Shown: positions 8,519 to 18,727 of the stretch, in pieces
Layout of the letters: the number at the start of each line of letters is the position of its first letter
How positions within the stretch are numbered: position 1 is the first letter of the stretch
NCBI GenBank assembly: GCA_016199085.1
Contig: JACQHJ010000004.1
Location: 16,926 to 80,925, forward strand
Direction: 5' to 3'
Length of the DNA: 64,000 bases
Origin: Candidatus Levyibacteriota bacterium
GTDB taxonomy: Bacteria; Patescibacteriota; Microgenomatia; Levybacterales; UBA12049
Translations under genes and position numbers: made by a program
The notes under the pieces: model-generated
Told to the model about the DNA's origin: nothing
What the model saw: the letters and a program-made list of their open reading frames with translations, nothing else
Databases searched by the model: none

Positions 8519-8958
8519 TGACTATTTTCTTAGGAGCTGACCACAGAGGTTTTACGCTTAAAAACCAAATTAAATCCTGGCTTTTGGAGAAAGATTTTGA
8601 TGTACAAGATCTAGGAGCAAAGTCATACGTTACTAACGATGATTTCGTAGAATATGCCGTTAGTGCCGGAGAAAGAGTGGCAGAGGAAAAAGGCACAAAA
8701 GGAATTGTTGTTTGCGGATCGGGTGCTGGAGTTGAGATTGCAACCAACAAAGTAAAGGGAGCAAGATGCACGTTGGGTCAGTCAGCAGAGCAGGTTAAAA
8801 AAGCAAGAGAGGCAGACGACGTAAATGTACTTGCTATTGCATCTGATTTTACTAATTTTGAAAAGGCACAAAAGATAATTGAATCATTTTTACAAACCTC
8901 ATTTGTCCCAAGCGAAAACCACACGAGAAGAATTGAAAAAATAAGTAAACTTGACTAA
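8518..8958 (+). CDS. rpiB: Ribose-5-phosphate isomerase B (RpiB/LacA/LacB family)
   Basis: GADHRGF, CGSGAG...NKVKGAR and HTRRIEKI motifs. Confidence 0.92.
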   Translation: MTIFLGADHRGFTLKNQIKSWLLEKDFDVQDLGAKSYVTNDDFVEYAVSAGERVAEEKGTKGIVVCGSGAGVEIATNKVKGARCTLGQSAEQVKKAREADDVNVLAIASDFTNFEKAQKIIESFLQTSFVPSENHTRRIEKISKLD

Positions 8959-8961
8959 TTT

Positions 8962-9591
8962 ATGCAGATAATCCCTGGTATCCTGGAAAACAATTGGGCA
9001 AAGATTGAGGAAAAATTGGAAATCGTTAAAAGCTTTTCAAATACGGTTCATATAGATTTAATCGATGGAAAATTTGCTACCAATACGACTTTTATGGATC
9101 CACAGCCTTTTTTGTCTTATTCTGGGGAACTTTTTTTAGAAGTTCATTTAATGACTGATAATCCGATACAATACCTTGAGCCTTTTAGTAAGGCTGGTTT
9201 TAAAAGATTTATCGGACACGTTGAAAAAATGCCAGACATTTCCGATTTTGTCGCAAGAGGACAACTACTTGGAGAGGTTGGGCTTGCCTTAGATCTTTCT
9301 ACAAGTATTGATAATCTTAAAGCCTCGTTTGACAACTTAGACTTAATTTTACTAATGGGGGCAGCAGCTGGTGCTTCAGGGCAGCAGTTTAATCCCCAAA
9401 TAATCGAGAAAATAAAAAATTTAAGAGCAAAAACAAATATACCAATTGAGATTGACGGGGGAGTTAGTGACAAAAATATTATTGAGATTAAAAACGCTGG
9501 TGCCAATAGGTTTGTAACTACGAGTTTTTTATTTAACTTACAAGATCCAAAAGTTTCTTATAAAACACTTAGTGGATTAATTTCCTCTTAA
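8962..9591 (+). CDS. rpe: Ribulose-phosphate 3-epimerase
   Basis: HIDLIDG, EVHLM and IEIDGG motifs. Confidence 0.92.
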   Translation: MQIIPGILENNWAKIEEKLEIVKSFSNTVHIDLIDGKFATNTTFMDPQPFLSYSGELFLEVHLMTDNPIQYLEPFSKAGFKRFIGHVEKMPDISDFVARGQLLGEVGLALDLSTSIDNLKASFDNLDLILLMGAAAGASGQQFNPQIIEKIKNLRAKTNIPIEIDGGVSDKNIIEIKNAGANRFVTTSFLFNLQDPKVSYKTLSGLISS

Positions 9592-11912
9592 CGGATGGGG
9601 GTTAATACTGCGCTTGGACTTGCAATCTGACTACAGCTAACATTTGTCTCGGTTCCTTTAATAAAGTATTCGCTTCGTAATCCGCATTTTTTAACTACGA
9701 TATTTTCAGGCATTTGATAGGAAAGCGTATTAACGTTTCCAAGCAGTGTTGTCATAATTTTATTCCAAATTGGTGCTGCACCTGTAATGCCTGAAGCAAG
9801 GCTTTGGCTCATTGGAGTATTGTCGTTGTTTCCTACCCAAACTGCAACCAAATACGAGGGCGTATAGCCGATTGTCCAGTTATCTCTTTTGTTGTCTGTT
9901 GTCCCAGTTTTTACAGAAACGGTGTGCCTTGCAATATTTAAGGGAGAATTTGATCCAAATTCCCAACTTCTGGCTGCGTTATCGGATAAAATGCTTGAAA
10001 TAATAAAGGCAACTCCACTGTCAAGCGCTTGTCTTTTTTCAATTCCGTCTTTTTGGTATAAGACCTCTCCAGAATAGTTGATTATTTTTAAAATCGGGTT
10101 TACGTCGACTCTTTGTCCAAGATTTGCAACTGTTCCGTAAACGGTTGCCATGTCGGTCATTTTGACTTCTGCGGCGCCAAGTGTTATTGAAAGTCCGTAG
10201 TTCTCCGGGTTATTCCACGTTGTTATACCCATTTTCTTAGCAGTAGAAATCATACTCGGAATACCAATTTTGGCAAGAGTTTTAACAGCAGGAACGTTAA
10301 ATGAATTTGCAAAAGCAATTCTTAAAGGAACTCTTCCATGGAATGCTCCATCATAATTTACCGGAGAATAATCAGGAGCTCCGGCAACTCTGTAGGTTAC
10401 AGGAGAATCATCTAACGTTGTTGCAGCCGTAAATCCGTTTGAAAGAGCTGTTGCGTAAGTTACAACTTTAATCGATGAACCGGGTTGGCGAAGAGCCGTA
10501 GTTAGGTTGACGTTTCCGCCGTTTGGATCATTATAGTCTTTTGATCCAACCATTGCCAAAACATCTCCGTTTTTGGGATTTGTGACAAGTGCTGCTCCAT
10601 TTGTTAAGTTAAGGTATGCATTGCTATCCACTTCTGTTCTGACAATTTCTTGGGCCATATCCTGGGTTTTAAGATCTAAAGAAGTTGTGACAATAAGGCC
10701 ACCTTTTTCAACCATGGTTAAACCGTATTTTTTAATAAGCAGATCTTTGACATACATGACAAAGTGCGGTGCATAAATAGGAGTTGACGGAGTTTCAAAA
10801 ACCAAAAGCTCGGAAAGCGCATCTTCTGCTTCCTTTTTAGTAATAAACTTTAAGGAAACCATTTTATTTAAAACGTCTTTTTGTCTTTTTTTCCAAAGAT
10901 TCGGGTTTTCGCCAAAAGGAGAATAATCGCTTGGCGCTTGCGGCATTCCTGCTAAAAATGCGCTTTGGGCAAGGCTTAAGTCTTTAACGCTTTTGCCAAA
11001 ATAGCTTTGAGCAGCAGACTCTACTCCCCAGGCTGTTCCCCCGTAGGCAACTTGATTAAAATACATTTCCAAAATCTCGTCTTTTGAGTAGATTTTTTCT
11101 GACCAGAAAGCCAGAATTATTTCTTTGAATTTTCTTTCAATTGTCCTCTCCGGCGTTAAAAGCGTTGACTTGATAAGCTGTTGGGTTATTGTTGATCCCC
11201 CCTGAACCGGTTTTCCGGATAGGTTGGCAACTGCGGCTCTTACAATTGCAACGATATCAAATCCAGGATTTGTATAAAAGTCCTTGTCTTCGATTGCAAT
11301 CGTTGCATCGATAAGATCTTTGGGAACCTGTGATAAAGGAACCAAGGTTCTATTTTCATTGGCATAAATTTGGTACAACAGCTTTCCGTTTCTGTCATAG
11401 ATTTTAGTCGTCTGGGGAATTTGTCTATTTGAAAGTTGATTGGGATTTGGCAGGCTATTTAGAAAAAAATATGTTGAAACAGGCGTTACTACAAAAACTA
11501 CACAGATTAAAAACCCAAAGATAAAATATTTAAACTTGATCCATAAATGTCTTGGTTTTGGATAGACAGAGACGGCATTTTTCTCGATTTCTTTTAGCTT
11601 TGCTTTTTCTTTTTTTTCGAGTCTTTTTTTCTTTCGTCTTAACTTTCTTCTAAAAGTCTTAAGCGATAAAACGAGTCTAAATTTGGCAAGTTTTGACTTT
11701 GTATCGAGACTTTTGGCGCTTGAGGTTATTTTATTTTTAATATCACCCATTGCTTTAGCGCTAACGTTAACCAAGGAAAGAAGAGTTTTTAGAATGAGTT
11801 TTAAAAGCCAGAAAAAGATTATAAAGACGGCCTTTATGTAAAAAATCACGAAGTCTCCTATGGTTGCCAAGCCCACAAAAATAAAACTAATTAAAGGTAT
11901 TAAAAATCTCAT
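9588..11912 (-). CDS. Class A penicillin-binding protein (PBP1A family)
   Basis: GT51 motifs (AIEDKDFY, QGGSTITQQ) and transpeptidase motifs GSSIK, NSFN and KTG. Confidence 0.95.
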   Translation of the reverse strand: MRFLIPLISFIFVGLATIGDFVIFYIKAVFIIFFWLLKLILKTLLSLVNVSAKAMGDIKNKITSSAKSLDTKSKLAKFRLVLSLKTFRRKLRRKKKRLEKKEKAKLKEIEKNAVSVYPKPRHLWIKFKYFIFGFLICVVFVVTPVSTYFFLNSLPNPNQLSNRQIPQTTKIYDRNGKLLYQIYANENRTLVPLSQVPKDLIDATIAIEDKDFYTNPGFDIVAIVRAAVANLSGKPVQGGSTITQQLIKSTLLTPERTIERKFKEIILAFWSEKIYSKDEILEMYFNQVAYGGTAWGVESAAQSYFGKSVKDLSLAQSAFLAGMPQAPSDYSPFGENPNLWKKRQKDVLNKMVSLKFITKKEAEDALSELLVFETPSTPIYAPHFVMYVKDLLIKKYGLTMVEKGGLIVTTSLDLKTQDMAQEIVRTEVDSNAYLNLTNGAALVTNPKNGDVLAMVGSKDYNDPNGGNVNLTTALRQPGSSIKVVTYATALSNGFTAATTLDDSPVTYRVAGAPDYSPVNYDGAFHGRVPLRIAFANSFNVPAVKTLAKIGIPSMISTAKKMGITTWNNPENYGLSITLGAAEVKMTDMATVYGTVANLGQRVDVNPILKIINYSGEVLYQKDGIEKRQALDSGVAFIISSILSDNAARSWEFGSNSPLNIARHTVSVKTGTTDNKRDNWTIGYTPSYLVAVWVGNNDNTPMSQSLASGITGAAPIWNKIMTTLLGNVNTLSYQMPENIVVKKCGLRSEYFIKGTETNVSCSQIASPSAVLTPIR

Positions 11913-11975
11913 AAAGCCGAGTCTAATTTAAGAGTTGATGGATTATACTATAGGTATAGAGTTTTTAAAAGGGGG

Positions 11976-14168
11976 TCATGGATTTGGTGTTGGCGATGGT
12001 TCTGGAGTTGGATGGGGGCAAGAAAGGCAATATTGGTCTCCGGTTGGATCGGTGTAAACGACTGCGTCTTTTAATTCTATGTTATCGGTCTGTCCTTTTT
12101 TAGCCAGATCCTGGGTGTTTTTATCTATCCAAACCTGAGTATTGCCTGGAGGCTGATTTTTAGGCTCGGATCCTTTTATGAAATATTCAAGTCTTGTCGG
12201 ACACGATGCCCCGCTTCCATCTGGCGGAGGAAGAGCTCCCGTATCTGAACAGACCTGTTTTTGGATTACGTCAGCAGGTCTTGACATTCCTTCGGGGGTC
12301 TTGCCTTGTAGAAGAAAGCTCATGATGTCATTCCAGATTGGCGCAGCCCCTGTTACTCCGGAAACTACTCCGCTCATTTGGGTATTGTCGTTATTTCCTA
12401 CCCACGTTGTAACCAAATACGAGGGCGTATAGCCGATTGTCCAGTTGTCTTTATAATCGTTGGTAGTTCCTGTTTTAACAGAAACAATTTGTTTTGGTAT
12501 TACCAGTTCTGAACTGCCTCCGAAAGCGGCGAGCCTTGCTCCGTTATCTTGTAAAATATCAGAGATTATAAATGCAACTCCGTCAGGCAAAACTCTTTTA
12601 CCAAAAATTGGGCTTGTTGGGGGATTGTATTCTTCCATGATTTTTCCGTTTTTATCCAAGATCTTAAGTATCGGATGAAGGTTAATTCTATAGCCTCCGT
12701 TGGCAAATACTCCGAAAGCTTGGGCCATATCTACCATTTTTACTTCTCCTCCTCCAAGCGTTAAAGAAAGGCCGTAATTATCAGGATCTGTAAAAGTGGT
12801 TATTCCCATAGCAGACGCTGTTGCAATCATTGCACGAAGGCCATTTACTTTTAGCATTTTTACAGCAGGAATATTAAAAGAATTACCAAGCGCAATGCGC
12901 ATTGAAACCAATCCGTGCCATTTGCCGTCGTAATTGACAGGACAATAGTCTCTTCCTCCCTGGTTTGGATAACATGTAGGCTGGTCGATAAAAGTAGTTG
13001 CCGCGTTATATTTATTAATTAGACCAGTGGCATAATTGATCGGCTTAATTGATGATCCGGGCTGGCGAAGGCTAGTTGTAATATTAACGTTTCCGTCAAT
13101 AGAACTATCAAAATAATCTTTGGAGCCTACCATTGCCAAGATTTCACCAGTGCCGGGGTGAGTTACCAGTGCTGCTCCGTTTGAAACCCTGTAAGATTTT
13201 GGTAGTCTATTGATTTGGGCGGCAACAGAGGCCTGGGCAGCGTTTTGGATATCCAGATCAAGAGTTGTCGTAATCTTAAGTCCTCCTTCCTCAACTAACT
13301 CTTGTCCGTATTTTTGGATAAGTAAGTCTTTAATATATAAAACAAAGTGGGGAGCTTCAATTTCATTTGAAAGCTTTTTGTATTTTAAAGGAGTGTTTTG
13401 GGCTTTTTGTCTTTGCTCTTTAGTTATAAAGTCCTCTTCTTCCATTGCTTTTAAGACTTCGAGTTGTCTTTGTTTGGCAAGTTCGGGGCGGGAGCCAAAT
13501 GGCGAATAAAGCGTTGGGGATTGGGGAAGTCCTGCCAGAAGTGCACTTTCTTCCAAATTTAAATCACTGGCTTTTTTTCCGAAATATCTCTGCGCTGCAG
13601 CCTCGACACCCCAGGCGGTTCCGCCATACGGGCTTTGGTTTAAATACATCTCCAAGATTTGGTCTTTGGAATAAATAAATTCGGTTGCGAAGGAAAGTAT
13701 TACTTCTTTAATTTTCCTAGGAATCGTTCTTTCCTGAGTTAAAAGGCTGTTTTTTACAAGTTGCTGCGTTAACGTTGATCCTCCCTGAAGTTGCTGTTTA
13801 AAGACAATTGCAACTGCCGCCCTTGCCATACCTCTAATGTCTATTGCGCCGTGTTCATAGAAGTTTCTGTCTTCAATTGCAATCGTTGCCTCCCTTACGT
13901 CTTTGGGAACACTTGCTAAGGGAACAAAAATTTGGTTTTTTTGATCATAGATTTGATATAAAAGTTTTCCGTTTCGGTCATATATCTGGCTTGATTGCGG
14001 AGTTGAGGTACTGGACAGTTTTGTAGGAAGTGGAAGATCTTTTAAGATATAGAAATAAAAGACAGCGGCAAAAATAAAAAAAAGAATAAGCAGAATTAAT
14101 CTAATTTTTGGTAGTTTCCCCAATTTTTTAAGAAAGGCGGTGAGATCAAAATTTTTCAATTTTCCCAT
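11976..14168 (-). CDS. Class A penicillin-binding protein (PBP1A family), tandem paralog
   Basis: AIEDRNFYEH, QGGSTLTQQ, GSSIKP, NSFN and KTG motifs. Confidence 0.95.
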   Translation of the reverse strand: MGKLKNFDLTAFLKKLGKLPKIRLILLILFFIFAAVFYFYILKDLPLPTKLSSTSTPQSSQIYDRNGKLLYQIYDQKNQIFVPLASVPKDVREATIAIEDRNFYEHGAIDIRGMARAAVAIVFKQQLQGGSTLTQQLVKNSLLTQERTIPRKIKEVILSFATEFIYSKDQILEMYLNQSPYGGTAWGVEAAAQRYFGKKASDLNLEESALLAGLPQSPTLYSPFGSRPELAKQRQLEVLKAMEEEDFITKEQRQKAQNTPLKYKKLSNEIEAPHFVLYIKDLLIQKYGQELVEEGGLKITTTLDLDIQNAAQASVAAQINRLPKSYRVSNGAALVTHPGTGEILAMVGSKDYFDSSIDGNVNITTSLRQPGSSIKPINYATGLINKYNAATTFIDQPTCYPNQGGRDYCPVNYDGKWHGLVSMRIALGNSFNIPAVKMLKVNGLRAMIATASAMGITTFTDPDNYGLSLTLGGGEVKMVDMAQAFGVFANGGYRINLHPILKILDKNGKIMEEYNPPTSPIFGKRVLPDGVAFIISDILQDNGARLAAFGGSSELVIPKQIVSVKTGTTNDYKDNWTIGYTPSYLVTTWVGNNDNTQMSGVVSGVTGAAPIWNDIMSFLLQGKTPEGMSRPADVIQKQVCSDTGALPPPDGSGASCPTRLEYFIKGSEPKNQPPGNTQVWIDKNTQDLAKKGQTDNIELKDAVVYTDPTGDQYCLSCPHPTPEPSPTPNP

Positions 14169-14229
14169 TTAGTAATCATAACATATTTTAGTTTTGCTCA
14201 AAGTTGGCCTAATAGATTATAATGACTTT

Positions 14230-15255
14230 ATGGATATAAATTCGGTTGTTTCCTCCGTTTCTATCGTAAGCCTTGGTTTAAACTGGATAGACATAATTTT
14301 AATTATTATAGTAACGATTTATGCCGTTGAGGGTTACTTTTTGGGCTTTTTTACAGCTCTGGTTGATTTCGTAAGTTTTATTCTTTCCTTTGTTTTTGGC
14401 CTCTCTTTTTACAGCGTTTTGGCAAATATTTTGGTCAAGTATTTTAATATTCCCCAGGGGTTTTCAAATGCGATCGGGTTTTTGGTGATAGCAATTGCCT
14501 TTGAAATAGTCTTTAGCGTACTTTTTAGAAGACTTGTTTTTACTCTTCCTTTATTTATTAAAACCGATTCAACTAAACACAAAGTTTTGTGGATTGAAAA
14601 TTTCCTGGGTATTATCCCGGGGTTTCTATCAGGCATAGTTCTAGCCTCTTTTATATTAAGTTTAATCATTGCCTTACCATTTTCCGTATTTTTAAAACAT
14701 TCTGTAACAGATTCAAGGCTTGGAAGTGTTTTGGTATCAAACACTCAGGTTTTTGCCAAGAATTTAAACGCTGTTTTTGGAGGAGCAGTTAACGATACGC
14801 TGTCTTTTTTGACAGTTGAGCCCCAGACAGACAAAAGTATTGACTTAAAGTTTAAAACCAAAAACGTAAGCGTTGATAAAACGTCTGAACAGTTAATGTT
14901 TAAGATGGTAAACGAGGAGAGACAAAGCAGGGGGCTTAAAGCTCTTGTTTTTTCAGAAAGCCTGGCGGTTGTCGGCAGAAACCACTGTAAAGATATGTTT
15001 ATAAAAGGATATTTTTCCCACTATACACCTGAAGGACTTTCTCCGTTTGACCGAATGGTAGAGGGGGATATAGCATTTAATTATGCAGGGGAAAATTTGG
15101 CGCTTGCGCCAAATGCAGACCTTGCCATGAAAGGATTTATGCAAAGTCCGGGACACAAAGCAAATATTTTATCTGTAAATTTTGGAAAAGTAGGAATTGG
15201 TACAATTGACGGCGGAATTTACGGAGAAATGTTTTGTCAAGAATATACAGATTAA
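14230..15255 (+). CDS. CvpA-family membrane domain fused to CAP (SCP) domain
   Basis: N-terminal NWIDII...GF with multiple TM helices. C-terminal YFSHYTP, AGENLA and SPGHKANIL motifs. Confidence 0.88.
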   Translation: MDINSVVSSVSIVSLGLNWIDIILIIIVTIYAVEGYFLGFFTALVDFVSFILSFVFGLSFYSVLANILVKYFNIPQGFSNAIGFLVIAIAFEIVFSVLFRRLVFTLPLFIKTDSTKHKVLWIENFLGIIPGFLSGIVLASFILSLIIALPFSVFLKHSVTDSRLGSVLVSNTQVFAKNLNAVFGGAVNDTLSFLTVEPQTDKSIDLKFKTKNVSVDKTSEQLMFKMVNEERQSRGLKALVFSESLAVVGRNHCKDMFIKGYFSHYTPEGLSPFDRMVEGDIAFNYAGENLALAPNADLAMKGFMQSPGHKANILSVNFGKVGIGTIDGGIYGEMFCQEYTD

Positions 15256-15256
15256 T

Positions 15257-16297
15257 ATGCAATACAAACTAAAAAGCGTAAAAAGTCCAAGAGTTAAAGG
15301 GAAAACAGTTTTACTTAGGGCGGATTTAGACGTTCCTTTTAAAAACGGAAAAGTAGAGGATGAGACAAGGCTCAATGCCTGGTTTGAAACCTTGGATTAT
15401 TTGGTAAGAAGCGGTGCAAAAGTAATTATCGCTGGGCACTTGGGAAGACCCAATGGGCAAGAGGAGGAGCTCAGCCTAAAACCAATTGTAAATATTATTG
15501 CAAAAAGAATAAACTCAAAACCAATACAAACAACTTTAAATGATTTTAAAGCCTGGAAGCTAGCTGAAAACGTTTTCATTTTGGAAAATCTGAGGTTTTT
15601 TAGTCAAGAGGAGGAAAACAATGAGGAGTTTTCTAAAAAATTGGTAGGACTTGCCGATATTTATGTTAACGACGCATTTGCCTCATCCCACAGAGCGCAT
15701 GCTTCAATAGTTGGAGTTACCAAATTCATTCCTTCTTTTGCGGGACTGCATTTATTAAAAGAAGTTGAGGTTTTATCCAAGATTTTGGAAAATCCAAAAA
15801 GACCACTTTGTGTAATTATCGGTGGGGCAAAAATTGAAACCAAGCTTCCTTTGGTTTCCAAAATGCATAATTTTGCAGATTTTGTTTTGGTTGGGGGAGA
15901 AATTGCAGAAAATACAAAAGTTCTTCTTAGAGTCCAACACGAGAAATTAAGCGGGAAGAGATCAATGCTTTTAGTTGCCGATTTAACCGAAGGGGGAAAA
16001 GACATTACCCAAAAGAGCGCTGAAAACTTTCTTCAAGTCGCCCAACATGCGGATACTATTATATGGAACGGTCCAATGGGGCTAATTGAGGAAAAAGAAT
16101 TCGAGAAAGCAACTGCAATTTTAGCGGAGGGACTGGTAAGTTTAAAAGCATATAAAATAGTCGGGGGAGGAGACACGATAGCTTTTCTTAAAAGACACAA
16201 TTTAATAGAAAAATTTGATTTTGCTTCAACAGGTGGAGGAGCAATGCTCGAATTTCTAGCTGGTATTAAGCTTCCCGGGCTTTTAGTACTGGAATAA
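15257..16297 (+). CDS. pgk: Phosphoglycerate kinase (compact, 346 aa)
   Basis: GHLGRP, LENLRF, DAFASSHRAHAS, IGGAK, WNGPMG, GGGDT and STGGGA motifs. Confidence 0.95.
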   Translation: MQYKLKSVKSPRVKGKTVLLRADLDVPFKNGKVEDETRLNAWFETLDYLVRSGAKVIIAGHLGRPNGQEEELSLKPIVNIIAKRINSKPIQTTLNDFKAWKLAENVFILENLRFFSQEEENNEEFSKKLVGLADIYVNDAFASSHRAHASIVGVTKFIPSFAGLHLLKEVEVLSKILENPKRPLCVIIGGAKIETKLPLVSKMHNFADFVLVGGEIAENTKVLLRVQHEKLSGKRSMLLVADLTEGGKDITQKSAENFLQVAQHADTIIWNGPMGLIEEKEFEKATAILAEGLVSLKAYKIVGGGDTIAFLKRHNLIEKFDFASTGGGAMLEFLAGIKLPGLLVLE

Positions 16298-16342
16298 TTT
16301 CCTCTTGGTACTATATTTTAATCTTTGTTATACTAAATTTGT

Positions 16343-17416
16343 ATGATACACACTGCCATTAACGGATACGGAAGAATAGGAAGAGTAGCTCATAGGGTAA
16401 TACTTGAAAAATACTCCGATCAGGTTGAAATAGTTGCCATAAATGCAGGATCTTCAACAGATATTAAGGGATGGATGTATCTATTAAAATACGACACTTC
16501 ATACGGCCCAATCTATTCTTTAGACGTAACTTATCAGGAAAAAGAAGAAAATTCCCCATACCAGGATTTAATAGGCTATTTACTTATTGATAACAAAAAG
16601 ATTCCGGTCTTCTCCCAGAAAGATCCAAATCTTCTTCCATGGCGTGATTTAAACGTTGACGTTGTTATCGAATCAACAGGTCATTTTACAGATGAGGAGG
16701 GCCTTAAAAAACATATCGGAGCCGGAGCAAAAGCGGTTGTTTTATCAGCTCCTGTAAAAGAGGGCAGTATTCCAACCTATGTCTTATCTGTTAATGAGAA
16801 AAACTACCAAAAAGAAAATATAATAAGTAACGCCTCTTGTACGACAAATTGCATAACTCCGGTTGCAAAAGTAATGGCGGAAAACTTTGGGGTAGAGAAG
16901 GCAATGATGACAACAATCCACGGTTATACGTCTGATCAAGAGCTTCAAGATGGTGGACACAAAGACTACAGAAGGGCAAGAGCAGCAGCGCAAAACATCA
17001 TTCCAACCTCAACCGGCGCAACAATTGCTGCAACAAAAGCTCTCCCAGAATTGGCAGGTCTTTTTAGTGGCCTTGCAATTAGAGTCCCTGTTGCCGTTGG
17101 GTCTTTATCGGATTTTACTTTTATCTTAAAAAGAGAAACGACAAAAGAAGAGGTAATAAGTGCATTTAGAAATGCAGCCAAAAACCCAGTCTTCGAGGGA
17201 ATATTGTCGGTAACAGATGATCCGATAGTTTCATCTGACATTATCGGCAGCTCATATTCTTCAATCGTTGACCTAACGCTTACTCAGGTCATCGGCAATA
17301 TGGTTAAAGTAATTGCCTGGTATGACAATGAATACGGTTATGCAAATAGACTAATAGAAGAGGTAATAATGGTCGGCAGCACTCACCAGTCAGTTCCTCA
17401 GGCAAAAGCTTTATAA
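16343..17416 (+). CDS. gap: Type I glyceraldehyde-3-phosphate dehydrogenase
   Basis: INGYGRIGR, SNASCTTNC and WYDNEYGY motifs. Confidence 0.97.
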   Translation: MIHTAINGYGRIGRVAHRVILEKYSDQVEIVAINAGSSTDIKGWMYLLKYDTSYGPIYSLDVTYQEKEENSPYQDLIGYLLIDNKKIPVFSQKDPNLLPWRDLNVDVVIESTGHFTDEEGLKKHIGAGAKAVVLSAPVKEGSIPTYVLSVNEKNYQKENIISNASCTTNCITPVAKVMAENFGVEKAMMTTIHGYTSDQELQDGGHKDYRRARAAAQNIIPTSTGATIAATKALPELAGLFSGLAIRVPVAVGSLSDFTFILKRETTKEEVISAFRNAAKNPVFEGILSVTDDPIVSSDIIGSSYSSIVDLTLTQVIGNMVKVIAWYDNEYGYANRLIEEVIMVGSTHQSVPQAKAL

Positions 17417-17478
17417 AATACAAAAATAGCTTCAAAATTGGTATTTGAATTTTTTAAAAAAGTTGTATAATAAACTTC

Positions 17479-18024
17479 ATGAAAAAGCTCTTCTTGATAA
17501 CTTCTTTGCTTTCATTTCTTTTAGTTAATCCTTTAATTTCATTTGCCAAGGAAACAAATGCAACTCCCTCAGCAACTATACAGAGAGTACAGTATGAACT
17601 TCCGTACCCTGGACTTTTACCCGATAACCCTTTGTACTATTTAAAAGCAATTAGAGACAATGTCTTAAAGTTTTTAATTTCCAATCCTCTTAAAAAAGCC
17701 CAGTTTGATCTCTTGCAAGCAGATAAAAGATTAGGGGCTGCAAGCCTTTTACTTGCAAAACAAAAGCCCGATCTTTCAATAACAACCCTTTCAAAATCTG
17801 GGAATTATTTTGACGACGCAATAGTAAGTATTCAAAAAGCTCAAAAAGAGGGAGACGACGTTAACTCGACCCTTGATCAGATGCTAAAATCCTCCCAAAA
17901 ACATCAGGAAATAATTTTGAATATGCAAAAAGGACAAAAGGGAGATACTCTTTTAAACCTGAAATTCTTAGAACAAAGAGCCAAAGATTTCCAAGAAAGG
18001 GTACTTATAATTAAGTCACAGTAG
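17479..18024 (+). CDS. Secreted helical protein (DUF5667-like)
   Basis: Signal peptide and YELPYPGLLPDNPLYYLK motif. Confidence 0.7.
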   Translation: MKKLFLITSLLSFLLVNPLISFAKETNATPSATIQRVQYELPYPGLLPDNPLYYLKAIRDNVLKFLISNPLKKAQFDLLQADKRLGAASLLLAKQKPDLSITTLSKSGNYFDDAIVSIQKAQKEGDDVNSTLDQMLKSSQKHQEIILNMQKGQKGDTLLNLKFLEQRAKDFQERVLIIKSQ

Positions 18025-18183
18025 ATTGTTTTTTTGTCACTTTAGAACATTTTTTATATTCTTTATTTTACTGCTTTCCAAGGCTTAGTAGAACTTTCTT
18101 ATTCAAAATTTTGGTCTTAAATTTTTCGGCAAAAAACTGAAGCTAAAAATCATGTTGCTATATTTTGATATAGATATTAATAG

Positions 18184-18267
18184 TTGACACCTTAGTACTA
18201 GTGCCATATGATTTTTCTGGCACTATATCTAGCGTTTTAATCTGCAACGTAATACAAGACTTAGCGC
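18184..18267 (+). promoter_or_regulatory. Sigma70 promoter with two tandem NrdR boxes
   Basis: TTGACA (18184) -17 nt- TATGAT (18207). GCACTATATCTAGCGT (18220-18235) and ATACAAGACTTAGCGC (18252-18267) match acaCwAtATaTwGtgt with 32-bp periodicity. Confidence 0.85.
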
Positions 18268-18276
18268 CAGTTAGAT

Positions 18277-18726
18277 ATGAAGTGTCCATATTGCGGAAGC
18301 AAAGATACAGAAGTAGTAGAGACTAGAGACAGCGAGGATTTAGAGACGATTAGAAGACGAAGAGAATGTTTAAGCTGCAAAAAGAGATTTACGACTTACG
18401 AAAGAATTGAAAACGTCAACTTAATAGTAATTAAAAAAGACGGAAGAAGAGAACAGTTCGACAGGGATAAATTAAAAAGAGGAATCTTACAGTCTTGCGA
18501 GAAAACAAAAGTATCTCATGAAGACATAGAGAAAATAGTAACGGAGATTGAAAGGGAACTAAGAACCGCCGATTCGGTTGAAATTGAAAGCAAGAAAATC
18601 GGCCAAATGGTATCGGCAAGATTAAAAGTGTTAGATAAGGTGGCGTATATTAGATTTTCTAGCGTGTTTAAAAGATTTGTAGACGTAGAAGATTTTGAAA
18701 AAGAAGTAAAGAGGTTAATAAAATAA
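18277..18726 (+). CDS. nrdR: Transcriptional repressor NrdR
   Basis: MKCPYC...IRRRRECLSCKKRFTTYE zinc ribbon, ATP cone, and DKVAYIRF. Confidence 0.98.
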   Translation: MKCPYCGSKDTEVVETRDSEDLETIRRRRECLSCKKRFTTYERIENVNLIVIKKDGRREQFDRDKLKRGILQSCEKTKVSHEDIEKIVTEIERELRTADSVEIESKKIGQMVSARLKVLDKVAYIRFSSVFKRFVDVEDFEKEVKRLIK

Positions 18727-18727
18727 T

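Noticed and set aside
9588-14168. Tandem PBP1A genes as a recent duplication or assembly artefact
   Set aside because: The two proteins are clearly diverged with different N- and C-termini, so they are ordinary paralogs.
18193-18203. TAGTACTAGT resembling a TrpR half-site in the nrdR promoter spacer
   Set aside because: It is a short AT-rich palindrome, and the tandem NrdR boxes already explain regulation here.
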